Shown: positions 18,819 to 28,900, counted from the stretch's first letter. The stretch is 64,000 nucleotides of DNA from an uncultured Planctomycetales bacterium (GCA_964554185.1 CAZKNJ010000009.1:5-64004); one strand, 5' to 3'. Notes: generated by a model from the letters alone, not told the origin. Numbers and translations are program-made.

Positions 18819-19841
18819 CTACTGCACCGGAACCGGCACTTTCTTGAGGACGCTTTCCACCACCACCGACGCTTTCACCCCCGCCAGCTGCGCGGAGGGC
18901 AACATCAGCAGCCGGTGGCTCAGCACCAGCGGCGCCATCAGCTTGACGTCGTCGGGAGTGACGTAGTCGCGCCCTTCAATCAGCGCCCAGGCCTGCGCTA
19001 CGCGCATCATGCCGAGACTGCCGCGGATGGAAGCGCCTACCAGCACATCCGGATGGCTGCGCGTCTCCGTGCTCAGCCGGACGATATACTCGCGCATTGC
19101 CGGCTTCAGAAACACCTTGCGCGCGAGCTTCTGGAATTCGGCGAGCTCGTCCAGGTCAATCACGCTGTCAATCTCGCCGATAGGATGTTCCTCGCGCTGC
19201 GCCTCCAGTATTTCCTCTTCGACCGCGGCACCTGGATAGCCGATGCCCAGGCGCACGAGGAAGCGGTCAAGCTGGGCCTCGGGCAGATCATAGGTTCCCT
19301 GGTGCTCTATGGGATTCTGGGTGGCGACCACGAAGAAGGGAACCGGCAGCGGATGCGACATGCTGCCCACCGTGACCTGGCGCTCTTCCATCGCCTCCAG
19401 CAGTGCGGACTGGGTGCGTGGGGAAGTGCGGTTTATCTCGTCGGCGAGCATTATGTTGGTGAACACCGGGCCGGGATTGAAGTCGAACTCGCCGGTCTTC
19501 TGGTTGAAGACATTGCTGCCGGTGACATCCGCCGGGAGCAGGTCGGGAGTGAACTGGATGCGCGTGAACCTGGCGCTGATGGAGCGAGCCAGTGCGCGGG
19601 CGAGCATAGTCTTGCCCACGCCCGGCACGTCCTCCAGCAGCACGTGACCGTCCGCCAGCATCGCGGCGAGCACCTGCCGGATGACCTTGTCTTTGCCGAG
19701 AATGACCCGTCCCACGTTGCCCGTTACCAGGGCAATCCGGTTGGCCGCCTGCATCGCGGCCTCCGGCGTCAGGGCCGTCCTTTCGGCGACCATCTTTTCA
19801 GTTTTGGCGTCCCTCATCAGCCGTAGTTCCGATGCGGGCAA
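18819..19841 (-). CDS. moxR: MoxR-family AAA+ ATPase
   Basis: Walker A GVGKTMLARALA. Walker B and sensor LADEINRTSPRTQSALLEAMEERQVTV. Layout is diagnostic of the MoxR/RavA subfamily. Confidence 0.9.
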   Translation of the reverse strand: MPASELRLMRDAKTEKMVAERTALTPEAAMQAANRIALVTGNVGRVILGKDKVIRQVLAAMLADGHVLLEDVPGVGKTMLARALARSISARFTRIQFTPDLLPADVTGSNVFNQKTGEFDFNPGPVFTNIMLADEINRTSPRTQSALLEAMEERQVTVGSMSHPLPVPFFVVATQNPIEHQGTYDLPEAQLDRFLVRLGIGYPGAAVEEEILEAQREEHPIGEIDSVIDLDELAEFQKLARKVFLKPAMREYIVRLSTETRSHPDVLVGASIRGSLGMMRVAQAWALIEGRDYVTPDDVKLMAPLVLSHRLLMLPSAQLAGVKASVVVESVLKKVPVPVQ

Positions 19842-19873
19842 TTATAGCAAAGGAACGCTCGCTCCCCGCGCGG

Positions 19874-19882
19874 TGGTATAAT
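19874..19882 (+). promoter_or_regulatory. extended -10 element (TGgTATAAT) 7 nt upstream of the ATG at 19890; leaderless
   Basis: gcggTGgTATAATccgcgccATG. Confidence 0.45.
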
Positions 19883-19889
19883 CCGCGCC

Positions 19890-20120
19890 ATGGTCAACGA
19901 GGTTAAACCCAAGGTTTACTGCCCATCATGCCATCGGCTGCTGAATGTTACGGAAGGCAAGGGGGAAGGTGATGAAATGGGATGCCCTTACTGCCTGGCG
20001 CAGTTTAAGCTGCTGGTTGTCAAGGCTTACCGGGGTGAGATCAGCCAGCCCAGCCCGCATGCAGTCACCGACGAAAAGACGCCGGCCGCTTGGCGATCTG
20101 GGGGAACGGCTGGCGGCTAG
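19890..20120 (+). CDS. small zinc-ribbon protein (76 aa), uncertain
   Basis: CPSC-x16-CPYC arrangement. Its ATG sits exactly where a leaderless promoter predicts. Its 3' end overlaps the yraN start region in another frame. Confidence 0.35.
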   Translation: MVNEVKPKVYCPSCHRLLNVTEGKGEGDEMGCPYCLAQFKLLVVKAYRGEISQPSPHAVTDEKTPAAWRSGGTAGG

Positions 20121-20433
20121 GCACCTCGCCGGCGAGGGCCACCGCATTCTTGAGCGCAACTTCCGCTGTAAGCTCGGCGAAATAGACCTCATCAGCCGTT
20201 GCGGCGACTGGCTCGTGTTCACTGAAGTGAAATCGGCAGTGCATTCTGAAGGCTACCGCCCCGGCGACCATCTCAACGACTGGAAGAAGCGCAGGGTCCG
20301 CCGCCTGGCGGAATACTACCTGGCGCTAAACCCGCCGGAGGAGATGAACCTGCGGTTTGACCTAGTAGAAGTGGTGTTCCCTGTAGAGGGGCGGGGGCAT
20401 CCCGAAATCCAGCACTTTGAGAACGCTTTCTGA
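20059..20433 (+). CDS. yraN: YraN/UPF0102-family putative endonuclease
   Basis: LGERLAARHLAGEGHRILERNFR...GEIDLI...LVFTEVK matches the YraN family core. Start is uncertain. The ORF extends upstream to 19945. Confidence 0.7.
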   Translation: MQSPTKRRRPLGDLGERLAARHLAGEGHRILERNFRCKLGEIDLISRCGDWLVFTEVKSAVHSEGYRPGDHLNDWKKRRVRRLAEYYLALNPPEEMNLRFDLVEVVFPVEGRGHPEIQHFENAF

Positions 20434-20460
20434 GCTCCACAAATCAGCGGCTTAAAAGAC

Positions 20461-20492
20461 AGAGCCCCGGCCTTTCGGCCGGGGCTCTTTAC
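20461..20492. terminator. bidirectional rho-independent terminator between yraN (+) and the SLH-porin gene (-)
   Basis: Perfect 12-bp stem agagccccggcc/ggccggggctct with a tttc loop. T-runs flank it on both strands. Confidence 0.7.
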
Positions 20493-20512
20493 TTCATGGC
20501 GGGGGATATTGC

Positions 20513-22183
20513 CTAGAAGTGGAGCAGGAACTCGCCGCGAACGAGAGTGATCGCGTCCTCCAGGTTGTTGAACTCACCAGCCGAGATGATGTCCAGGCCG
20601 AGAGAAGCATTCTTCTCAAACGGATAGCGGAAGTTGAACTTCAGCAGTCCGGGACGATCACTAAAGAACGCATTGATGCGCTGGCCGGTGTACCAAGTCA
20701 CCTTACCATAGAGGTCATTGCGGAACGTGTGCTCGGCGGTTAGGCCAAGGCCCTCAAAGTCCGCGGGGAAGTAGTTCTTGCCCTCGCGGCTGATGTTGAA
20801 GGCGTCGGCAACGCCGTTCACCGTGAAGTCCCACTCGCTGAACGGGTCATTGTCCACGTTGGCGTAGACCGGTAGACCTTCCAGCTGCGCGATGTCCGCG
20901 CCGGCGATGCTCACCTTGGTGCGGCCATCGTTGAACACATCGAGCTCAACGATGAGAGACATGTCCTCAAGACCAAAGTCCGAGGCATTGAGATCAGAAA
21001 CGTTGGTCGGAGTGTAGTTCCACTCGGCACGGATGCCGTTGAACCACTCATTATCAAACCACGGAATCTCCGCATTACCGGAGATGCCGATGAACTGCTC
21101 CGCGCCATAGCCGTTGGGGCTGCCGTCGAGGAACAGCTCGAGGTCATGCGCGTGGCCCGGAATAACACCCTCGTGGCCGAAGTACTTCAGGCCCAGGTTC
21201 ACGTAGTCGTCGCTGTCGTTGACGTTCACGAGGCTGGACATGTTGCTGAGGCTGGCGGGATTCCAGTAAGGATTCACGCCAAACACGGCCTCGGTGCGAT
21301 ACGCACCGACGTACGCCGCCCAGCGGGCGTCATGCCACGTGGTGTCGAAGCGATAACCGAAGTCGGAGCGGTAGCCGTTGTCGCCGGCCAGTCCGAACTC
21401 GCCCTCGCTGAAATACTGGCGACCGACGGTCAGCGTCGGGGTGTCGCCGAACGAGTGCGTGTAAGGCGTCAGGCCGATGGTGGCCCTTGCCTCGTCCAGC
21501 ACGAAGCTGCTGGACGCCGAACGGTTGCCGAACGGCGGGTTTCCCGGGCGCGCGGCCACGGTCTCGTTGTTGACGCCCGGGACAAAGCCCGTGCCAACGG
21601 TCCCCTGCGCCTCGGCGGAAGTAATCGTGAAGTCGAAGCGGATGTTCTCCTCCGGCTGGAAGCCCATATGCAAGCCTAGAGCCTGCTCATGACCGAAGTC
21701 ATTACTCCAGTCAACCGCGCCGGTGGTCACATACGCGCCCGTGCGAACACGATAGAACCCGTCGATCTCATTGTCCTTGATGAGGGACTTAAGCATGCGG
21801 ATGTCGTCGGTGTTGGTGTTGACCTGGCCCTCGAGCTGGTCAACGCGGACGCCGATCTCCGCGAGCTCATCCCTGAACTCGTTGCCGAGCCGATCAAGGC
21901 GAGCCTCGATCTCATCAAGACGACCCTGGTCCATGCCCGTCATCATGTCACTGAGCTTCGAGTACATGCGGGCGACGACCATAGCCATTTCGTAGCGGGT
22001 GAACGTCTGATTGCCCTTGAAGGTGCCATCGGGGAAACCCTCTACGAGGCCCTCCTGCTGGAGGTAGTCAATCGCTTCGTATGCCCAGTGATCGGTCGGT
22101 ACGTCACGGAACATGGCTGCCGATGCGGGCACAGCGACTGCCAGAAGCAGAATCGCTGCCAAAGAGAAAACTAAAATACGCAT
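20513..22183 (-). CDS. SLH-domain outer-membrane porin-like protein (OmpM/Omp-alpha-like)
   Basis: Signal peptide LAAILLLAVAVPASA. N-terminal SLH domain (FRDVPTDHWAYEAIDYLQQEGLVEGFPDGTFKGNQTFTRYEMAMVVARM). Coiled-coil segment. About 400-aa beta-rich Gly/aromatic-rich body ending ...LLHF. Start chosen at ATG 22183 with AAGGAG 6 nt upstream. The ORF is open back to 22231. Confidence 0.75.
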   Translation of the reverse strand: MRILVFSLAAILLLAVAVPASAAMFRDVPTDHWAYEAIDYLQQEGLVEGFPDGTFKGNQTFTRYEMAMVVARMYSKLSDMMTGMDQGRLDEIEARLDRLGNEFRDELAEIGVRVDQLEGQVNTNTDDIRMLKSLIKDNEIDGFYRVRTGAYVTTGAVDWSNDFGHEQALGLHMGFQPEENIRFDFTITSAEAQGTVGTGFVPGVNNETVAARPGNPPFGNRSASSSFVLDEARATIGLTPYTHSFGDTPTLTVGRQYFSEGEFGLAGDNGYRSDFGYRFDTTWHDARWAAYVGAYRTEAVFGVNPYWNPASLSNMSSLVNVNDSDDYVNLGLKYFGHEGVIPGHAHDLELFLDGSPNGYGAEQFIGISGNAEIPWFDNEWFNGIRAEWNYTPTNVSDLNASDFGLEDMSLIVELDVFNDGRTKVSIAGADIAQLEGLPVYANVDNDPFSEWDFTVNGVADAFNISREGKNYFPADFEGLGLTAEHTFRNDLYGKVTWYTGQRINAFFSDRPGLLKFNFRYPFEKNASLGLDIISAGEFNNLEDAITLVRGEFLLHF

Positions 22184-22345
22184 TAGGCACTCCTTGGTTA
22201 AGTTGGATTTTGGCCTAACCGAAATCCCCAAGAAGGCCGGACAAGTTGCCTAGTTACCTCTTCCAGCCGTCTTGCTTCATCCGGTGAAGCCAAGATATGG
22301 TGTTACCTACCTCGCTGCCCTAACCAAGTTGTATCACCTCCTTTT

Positions 22346-22798
22346 TCAGGGCAGTCCGGTTTCAGCGTAACCTTCTTCGGGGGCTGCGCTGCGCCTGAGC
22401 AAGACCCAGGCGGCGTAGCCATCCATCGGGGGCTTCAGAGCATAGTGGCCGAGCAGACGGATAAACCGCCCGGGCCGGGTCGTTCCCCGATGGCGCAGGT
22501 AAAGCTCCAGCGCTTCTTCGGTGCTTCCACTCTCATCCACCACGGCCACCGTGGCGGGCGCAAACACCTGCCGCGCCAACTCGGTCACCGGCCGGGAGCC
22601 CGTGCCCCCGCCAATGACGACCTGCCGCGCTGCGAAGAAGCGCGATACCTGCCGCAAGAACGTCTCAAGGTTGTCAATGTGCACCAGGCCGATTAACGGC
22701 GAATGCTGTGGCTGGCACTCAATAGCCCAGCCGCACTTAAACGTGCCGGGGTCAAGTGCCACCCTCATCCCTTGATGGGAAATATCTATCATATTCAC
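22346..22798 (-). CDS. RNase-H-fold YqgF/RuvX-like putative nuclease (uncertain)
   Basis: 150 aa. Has the ALDPGT..G.A, VVIGGG and VVDESGST blocks, which parallel the RuvX LDxGT, IVVGLP and DER/ST motifs. Confidence 0.4.
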   Translation of the reverse strand: MNMIDISHQGMRVALDPGTFKCGWAIECQPQHSPLIGLVHIDNLETFLRQVSRFFAARQVVIGGGTGSRPVTELARQVFAPATVAVVDESGSTEEALELYLRHRGTTRPGRFIRLLGHYALKPPMDGYAAWVLLRRSAAPEEGYAETGLP

Positions 22799-22824
22799 CC
22801 GTATTTGTCAAGAAAACGGGCTCC

Positions 22825-23271
22825 TCAGGGCTTGCTGGTGAGCTTCGCCACAACCGCGTCAAGCGCTAGCCGGTAGCCCTCCACTCCGAGCCCGCAAACC
22901 AGTCCGTCCGCCACCTCCGCAATGAGATCGTTGCGCCTGAATGGCTCCCGGGCAAAGATATTGCTGATATGGACGATAACCCTGGGGCCGGGAAAAGCCG
23001 CCACGCTGTCGCGCAGGGCGTAGGACTGATAAGCCAGCGCCCCCGGGTTGATTATCAGGGCGTCGAATTTCTTGTGGCTGGAGTTCAGTAGTTCGATTAT
23101 TTCCCCTTCACGGTTGCTGCGGCCGAACTCCAGCGTCACGCCCGTTAGTTTCTTCCGGCAGTAGGTCTCCAGCCCGTCTTCAAGCTGGGAAAGGGTCTTG
23201 GTGCCATAGATTTCTTGCTCCCGCGTCCCCAGCAAGTCGAGGTTAGGCCCGTTGACTACAAGTACTTTCAT
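22825..23271 (-). CDS. aroQ: type II 3-dehydroquinate dehydratase
   Basis: MKVLVVNGPNLDLLGTREQEIYG...HISNI.ARE.FR is the canonical AroQ sequence. Start is at ATG 23271 with GGGAGG upstream. Confidence 0.9.
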   Translation of the reverse strand: MKVLVVNGPNLDLLGTREQEIYGTKTLSQLEDGLETYCRKKLTGVTLEFGRSNREGEIIELLNSSHKKFDALIINPGALAYQSYALRDSVAAFPGPRVIVHISNIFAREPFRRNDLIAEVADGLVCGLGVEGYRLALDAVVAKLTSKP

Positions 23272-23356
23272 ATCCGCCTCCCTATATAGCGAGCGGGGTG
23301 CCCGCCCCGTCCCGGCAAAACCGCGCGGCAAACCGGCTGCCGCACATCCGCGAATC

Positions 23357-25828
23357 TTAGGTGAACAGCGGTTCGTCCTTGTCGTCCGCTTCCACGATCT
23401 CAACGGACGCCACCGCGTCTCCCTCGCGGAGGTTGATCACGCGCACGCCCTGGGTCGCCCGCCCCTGGCGGGAAACCTGCTTGACCTCCGAGCGGATGAG
23501 CATTCCCTCGCGCGTTACGATGATGAACTCGTCTTCCTCGCCAACGATGTGGGCTGACACCAGTGGCCCAGTCTTAGCGGAGATGCGCATACAGATGATG
23601 CCCTTGGTGCCTCGGTGCGTCTGGCGGAACTCAGAGAGCTTGGTGCGCTTGCCGCTGCCGTTGCGGCTGACCACCATAACCTCCGCCTCGAGACGAACCA
23701 CATTCATTCCCACCACGCGCGCATCGCCGGTGAGTTTGATGCCGCGCACGCCCTGGGCGGCCGTCCCCATCGCGCGGACTTCGTCCTCGCTGAAGCGCAC
23801 GGCCAGTCCCGCGCTGGTGCAGATGATGATCTCCTCCTTGCCGGTAGTGGGGCTCACGAAGTCCAGGCTGTCGTCGCCCGACAGGCCGATCGCCCGCTTT
23901 CCGGTCACCCGCAGCGCAGCAAAGCTGGACAGCTCGACTTTCTTGACGACACCCATGCGAGTGCACATGAACAGGAAGGGGCGGCTGAAGTCTTCCAGCG
24001 AGACCAGCGCGGTAACCCGCTCGTCGGCGGTTGTGCCAATGAGGTTTACAATCGGCGTGCCTTTCGCGGTGCGTTCAAAGGGCGGCACGCGGAATACCCG
24101 CAGCGAGTACACATTGCCCGTGTTCGTGAAGCAGAGAATGGTATCCAGCGTGTTGGTGGTGAGTATGTGGCGCACGATATCGTCGGCCTTCATCGTCTGG
24201 CCGATGAGCCCGCGACCGCCGCGAGCCTGCACCCGGTAGGTTGAGAGCGGAACCCGTTTGATGTAGCCGTTGCTGGTAATCGTCACGACCACCGGCTCGT
24301 TCTTCACGAGATCTTCTTCGTTAATGTCGCCGCCTTCGGTGTCCGGCAGAATGACGGTGCGGCGCTCGTCACCGAAGCGCCCCAGCGCCTCTCTAAGTTC
24401 GTTTACGAGGACCTCGTCAACCTTCTTGGGGTCGGCGAGAATGGCCTTGAACTCCTTTATCTGTTCAATCAGCGATTGGAGTTCGTTTTCCACCTTCTCG
24501 CGCTCCAGCCCGGTCAGTTGGGCCAGCCGCATATCCAGTATGGCCTTCGCCTGAACCTCAGTGAAGCCGAACTCCTCCTGCAGGCGGAAGGAAGCTGTTT
24601 CGCGGTCCTTGCTGCTGCGGATAGTCTCAATCACCTCATCCAGCCGGTCCAGCGCCAACCGCAAGCCCTCCAGGATGTGTGCGCGCTCCTCCGCCACCTG
24701 AAGGTCATGCTTGGTGCGGCGGACAATCACGATGCGGCGGTGCGAAACGAACTCGGAGAGCATTCTCTTCAAACCCATCACGCGCGGCGCGCCATCGGTG
24801 AGAGCCAGCATAATGATTCCATAGGAAATCTGCAGCGGCGTGTTCTTGTACAGGTTGTTGAGGACGACCTGCGGGTTGGCGTCGCGCTTGAGCTCCACCA
24901 CCACGCGGGTTCCCGAGCGGTCGGACTCGTCGCGGATGTCGGTGATACTTTGGAGCTTCTTGGACGCCACCAGCTCAGCAATCTTCTCCACCAGCGTGGC
25001 CTTGTTCACCTGATATGGCACTTCCGTAATGACGATGCGGAAGCGGTCGCGCTTGTCCTGCTCCACTTCGGCGCGTCCGCGGATGGTGATGGAGCCGCGG
25101 CCCTCACGGAAAGCGTCCTTGATCCCCTGAGTGCCCAGAATGAAACCTCCAGCGGGGAAGTCCGGACCTTTGACCCACTGCATCAGGTCGTCGGCGGTGG
25201 CATCAGGTGATCCCACCAAATGGATAATCGCCTCGCCCAATTCCCGGAGATTGTGCGGCGGAATGCGCGTAGCCATCCCCACGGCAATCCCCTCGGTGCC
25301 GTTCATCAGCAGCAGCGGCAGCCCGGCCGGGACTATCGCCGGCTCCTTGCCCCTGGCGTCAAAGGTCGGGGTGAACTCAACGGTGTCTTTCTTGATGTCC
25401 CGAACTAAGTACTCGGCGATAGGAAGCAGCCGCACCTCGGTGTACCTCATCGCCGCCGCCGCGTCGCCGTCGTTGGAGCCAAAGTTGCCCTGGCCCTCGA
25501 TCAGGGGGTAGCGCATATTCCATGGCTGAGCCATTCTCACCAGCGCGTCATAGATGGCGTCGTTGCCGTGCGGATGGTACTTGCCCATCACGTCGCCGAT
25601 GATCTTGGCGCTCTTGCTCGTGGGCTTGTCGGACGTGTGGCCACCCTCGCTCATCGCGTGGATGATGCGGCGGTGGATGACCTTCATACCATCGCGGACG
25701 TCGGGAATCGCCCGCCCGACGATAACGCTCATGGCGTAGTCGAGGTAGCTTTCCTCCATCTCCTCGACAATCTCGCGGGGGACGATCTTTTCGTCGAATT
25801 CAATGCGCTCAGTGCGACCCATCAGCAA
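23357..25828 (-). CDS. gyrA: DNA gyrase subunit A (type IIA topoisomerase A subunit)
   Basis: Active-site Tyr context AAAMRYTEVRL. YHPHGD-like motif KYHPHGNDAIY. GyrA-box-like QARGGRG in the C-terminal beta-pinwheel. 823 aa. Confidence 0.85.
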   Translation of the reverse strand: MLMGRTERIEFDEKIVPREIVEEMEESYLDYAMSVIVGRAIPDVRDGMKVIHRRIIHAMSEGGHTSDKPTSKSAKIIGDVMGKYHPHGNDAIYDALVRMAQPWNMRYPLIEGQGNFGSNDGDAAAAMRYTEVRLLPIAEYLVRDIKKDTVEFTPTFDARGKEPAIVPAGLPLLLMNGTEGIAVGMATRIPPHNLRELGEAIIHLVGSPDATADDLMQWVKGPDFPAGGFILGTQGIKDAFREGRGSITIRGRAEVEQDKRDRFRIVITEVPYQVNKATLVEKIAELVASKKLQSITDIRDESDRSGTRVVVELKRDANPQVVLNNLYKNTPLQISYGIIMLALTDGAPRVMGLKRMLSEFVSHRRIVIVRRTKHDLQVAEERAHILEGLRLALDRLDEVIETIRSSKDRETASFRLQEEFGFTEVQAKAILDMRLAQLTGLEREKVENELQSLIEQIKEFKAILADPKKVDEVLVNELREALGRFGDERRTVILPDTEGGDINEEDLVKNEPVVVTITSNGYIKRVPLSTYRVQARGGRGLIGQTMKADDIVRHILTTNTLDTILCFTNTGNVYSLRVFRVPPFERTAKGTPIVNLIGTTADERVTALVSLEDFSRPFLFMCTRMGVVKKVELSSFAALRVTGKRAIGLSGDDSLDFVSPTTGKEEIIICTSAGLAVRFSEDEVRAMGTAAQGVRGIKLTGDARVVGMNVVRLEAEVMVVSRNGSGKRTKLSEFRQTHRGTKGIICMRISAKTGPLVSAHIVGEEDEFIIVTREGMLIRSEVKQVSRQGRATQGVRVINLREGDAVASVEIVEADDKDEPLFT

Positions 25829-25879
25829 TCCTCAAATCAGGAAACCAAGGTGGAAAGGGTAAACATTTTGTAAGCATCT

Positions 25880-25888
25880 ATTCTAGCA
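25880..25888 (-). promoter_or_regulatory. extended -10 element TGcTAGAAT upstream of gyrA
   Basis: Minus strand reads gtgcTAGAATag. It lies about 50 nt upstream of the ATG and is followed by a GAGGA RBS. Confidence 0.4.
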
Positions 25889-25981
25889 CTTTTCGCCTGG
25901 ATTTTGAAGGCTCTGAGCGGGCAAAAAGGAGAGAAACGCTGTTACCGCGGAGGACAGCGCACGGTCGACTCATAGGGCTCT

Positions 25982-28900
25982 TCAGCTTTGGCGTGCGGGG
26001 CGGCTGGGCTTCGTTTGCGCTACAAACTCCGCTTCCAACGGCAGGCCTGGCGCAATGTTGCGGATGATGTCCGGGGCCACTCCTATCTCGCGGCTCAAGG
26101 CCACCTTGCGGGCGGTACCGTCCGCGGCCGGTATGAGCAAGTACACCGGGCATTCGCCCGGGGATTGAACCAGAAGCTCTTTCAACTGCTGCAATTCCTG
26201 CGGGGCAAATGGCCGCCGCAGCTTGAGCAGAACACGCCCGGGGCAAGGCTTCGCTTCGGCAGGAGTTACGTCATCGGAAGGCTGTACATGCTTGCCCGCC
26301 TGTGGGCGATACAATGCTATTTCGGCGACGTAGAGCTTCGCCGCATCGGAGAGGTCGTCAAAGCTCTCCTCGGTAGCCTCGTCAAAGCCCAGGGAACCTT
26401 GCACGACCACTTCGTTGCCGTCCAGCAGGATGCTGGCGACCTTCTGGTAGACCGATGGCCCAATTACGAGGTTCAAGGTGTGCTCAAGCGAGCAGAGCCG
26501 AGCGAGCGCGTACTGCTGCTTGCGGCGGGATACGAGCACCTTGACGCCGTCAAGCACGCCGCCAATCCGCACTTTGGCGTCGGACATATAGATGCCGCGC
26601 TCCGCAAGCCGCTGGAAGAGCGCGCTGAGCTGGGTCACCGCGCTGTCCGCCAGGACCCGGGAGTTCTCGTAGGGGTTGTGAGTGAGGTAAGCGCCGATGC
26701 TCTCTTTTTCCATGCGCGCGATATCCTCGGCCGAAGTGGCCTGCGAGGAAGATGGGGAGGGTGCAGAGGCAGCGTCAAACATGGCAATCTGGTTGTGGTG
26801 CACGCGGCGCGACAGGTACGAGTCCAGATCGCGCAGCAGCTCGCCACGGTCTAATCCAAACTCCTCAAACGCCCCTGCCCTCACCATAAACTCCAGCGCC
26901 GTCTTGTTGACCTTCTGTCCGTCCACCCGCTCCAGGAACTCCTCGACCGAAGTATAGGGACCGCCGGCTTGGCGCACACTTACGAGCTCATCAACCGCTA
27001 CGCGGCCGACGTGTTTGATGCCACCCAGCCCGAAAATTATCCGTCCTCTTGCGTCCGAGACAAAATCGAACTCGGATAGGTTGACGCTTGGCGGGACGAC
27101 TTCAATGCCGAGCCGCTGGCACTGGTCCAACGCGGCAGTGAGCTTGCTCGAATCCTGAATGTAGGTGTTCATCAGGGCGGCCAAGAAATGGTGCGGGTAG
27201 TAGTGTTTGAGGAACGCGGTCTGGTATGCCAGTAGCGCGTAACAGGCGGCGTGCGCCTTGTTGAAGCCGTAGCCCGCGAACTTGGCCATCATGTCCCAGA
27301 TCTCCACCGCCTTGCGTTTGTCGGTGCCGCGGGCAACGGCACGCTCGGTGAAGTCCGTTTTCTGCTGGGACATTAGCGACAGGATCTTCTTTCCCATTGC
27401 TTTACGCAGCGTATCGGCTTCGCCCAGGTTGTAACCCGCGAGTAGCCGGGCTATCTGCATCACTTGCTCCTGATAAAGCAGCACGCCACCGGTTGAGGAA
27501 AACACCGTCTCCAGCTCCGGTAGGAGTAGGGGCGCCTTGTCCGGGTCCTTGCGGTTGGCGATGTACTGCGGGATCATGTTCGCCTGCATCGGCCCGGGGC
27601 GGTTCAACGCGTTCAGTGCGGTAAGGTCTTCTATCGTCTTCGGGCGGGTTTCCTTGAGCACACGCACGATGTGGGGCGCTTCGAACTGGAAGACCCCGAA
27701 GCAGTTGCCCCGCCCGAAGATCTCTTCATACACCGCCTCGTCATCCAGGGAAATGCGATCAATATCAAGCTCGATACCCTCAACCTCGCGGACATAGCGC
27801 ACACACTTGTCTATGGTCGTGAGCGTTTTCAGCCCGAGGAAATCCAGCTTGAGCAGGCCGACCCGGGTGAGGCCGCCCATTTCGAACTGGGTGACGAGCA
27901 TGTCGGTGTCTTTGACCGCGCGCAGTGGGACATATTCCACCAGCGGGCGGTCGGCCACGACCACCCCGGCGGCGTGGACACTCATATGGCTGGCGAGCCC
28001 CTCCAGCTTCTGCGAGAGTTCCACCAACTCCCTTGCAGCCGCGTCTTTCTCGAGAAACTGGGCAAGCTCGGGATTCTGCTCTATCGCCTCCTGAATTGTT
28101 GTTTTCAGTCCAGCGATGAGCTTGGTGATGCGGTTGACGTAGGCGAACTCAAAGTCCTTCACCCGCCCCACCGCCTTCACCGCCGCCCGCGCCTTGAGGG
28201 TGGAGAAGGTGATAATCTGCGCAACGCAGCCCTCGCCGTAGCGGCTCTTGACGTAGTCAATCATCTCTTCGCGCCGCTCGTAGCAGAAGTCCAGATCGAA
28301 GTCTGGCAGCTCCACTCGCTCCTTGTTGAGAAAGCGCTCAAAGAACAAACCATACTTGAGCGGGTCGAGCTTGGTGATGCGCAGGCAGTAGGAAACGAGA
28401 CTGCCCGCAGCCGAGCCGCGGCCGGGACCGACGGGAATGCCGCTCTTCCGGGCGAAGCTCATGAGGTCCCAGACGAGCAGAAACAGCGCCGAAAAGCCGG
28501 TGCTGATGATGACGGAGAGCTCTTCTTCCAGCCGCGCCTCAACTTCGGGCGGCAACGGGTCGTCGTAGATGTCTTTCGCACCAGCATAGGCCAGCGCACG
28601 GAGGTAATCACCAAGGGTTTTCTCCTGGCGCTCCGGCGGGATGTCGAAAGTGGGGAAGTGAACCTGCGTGTCGGTGATATCCACCTGACAGCGCTCGGCG
28701 ATGTCCAGCGTCGTGTTCAACGCGTGGGGCGCTTCGGCGAATAGCGCGGCCATTTCCTTGGGGGTCTTGATGTAGTAGTTCGTGCCGGTGAAGCGCATCC
28801 GGTTGGGATCGTCAAACTTGGCGCTAGTCTGCAGGCACAGGGCTATGTCGTGCGCTTCGGCATCTTCGGGATTGACGTAGTGAGAGTCGTTGGTGGCCAC

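Noticed and set aside
22184-22231. Longer N-terminus of the SLH porin (start 22231).
   Set aside because: ATG 22183 has a perfect AAGGAG RBS and starts a classic signal peptide. The upstream extension has neither.
23357-25828. Considered topoisomerase IV ParC instead of GyrA.
   Set aside because: The C-terminal domain carries a GyrA-box-like QARGGRG element, and the length fits GyrA. Absence of an adjacent gyrB keeps this short of certain.
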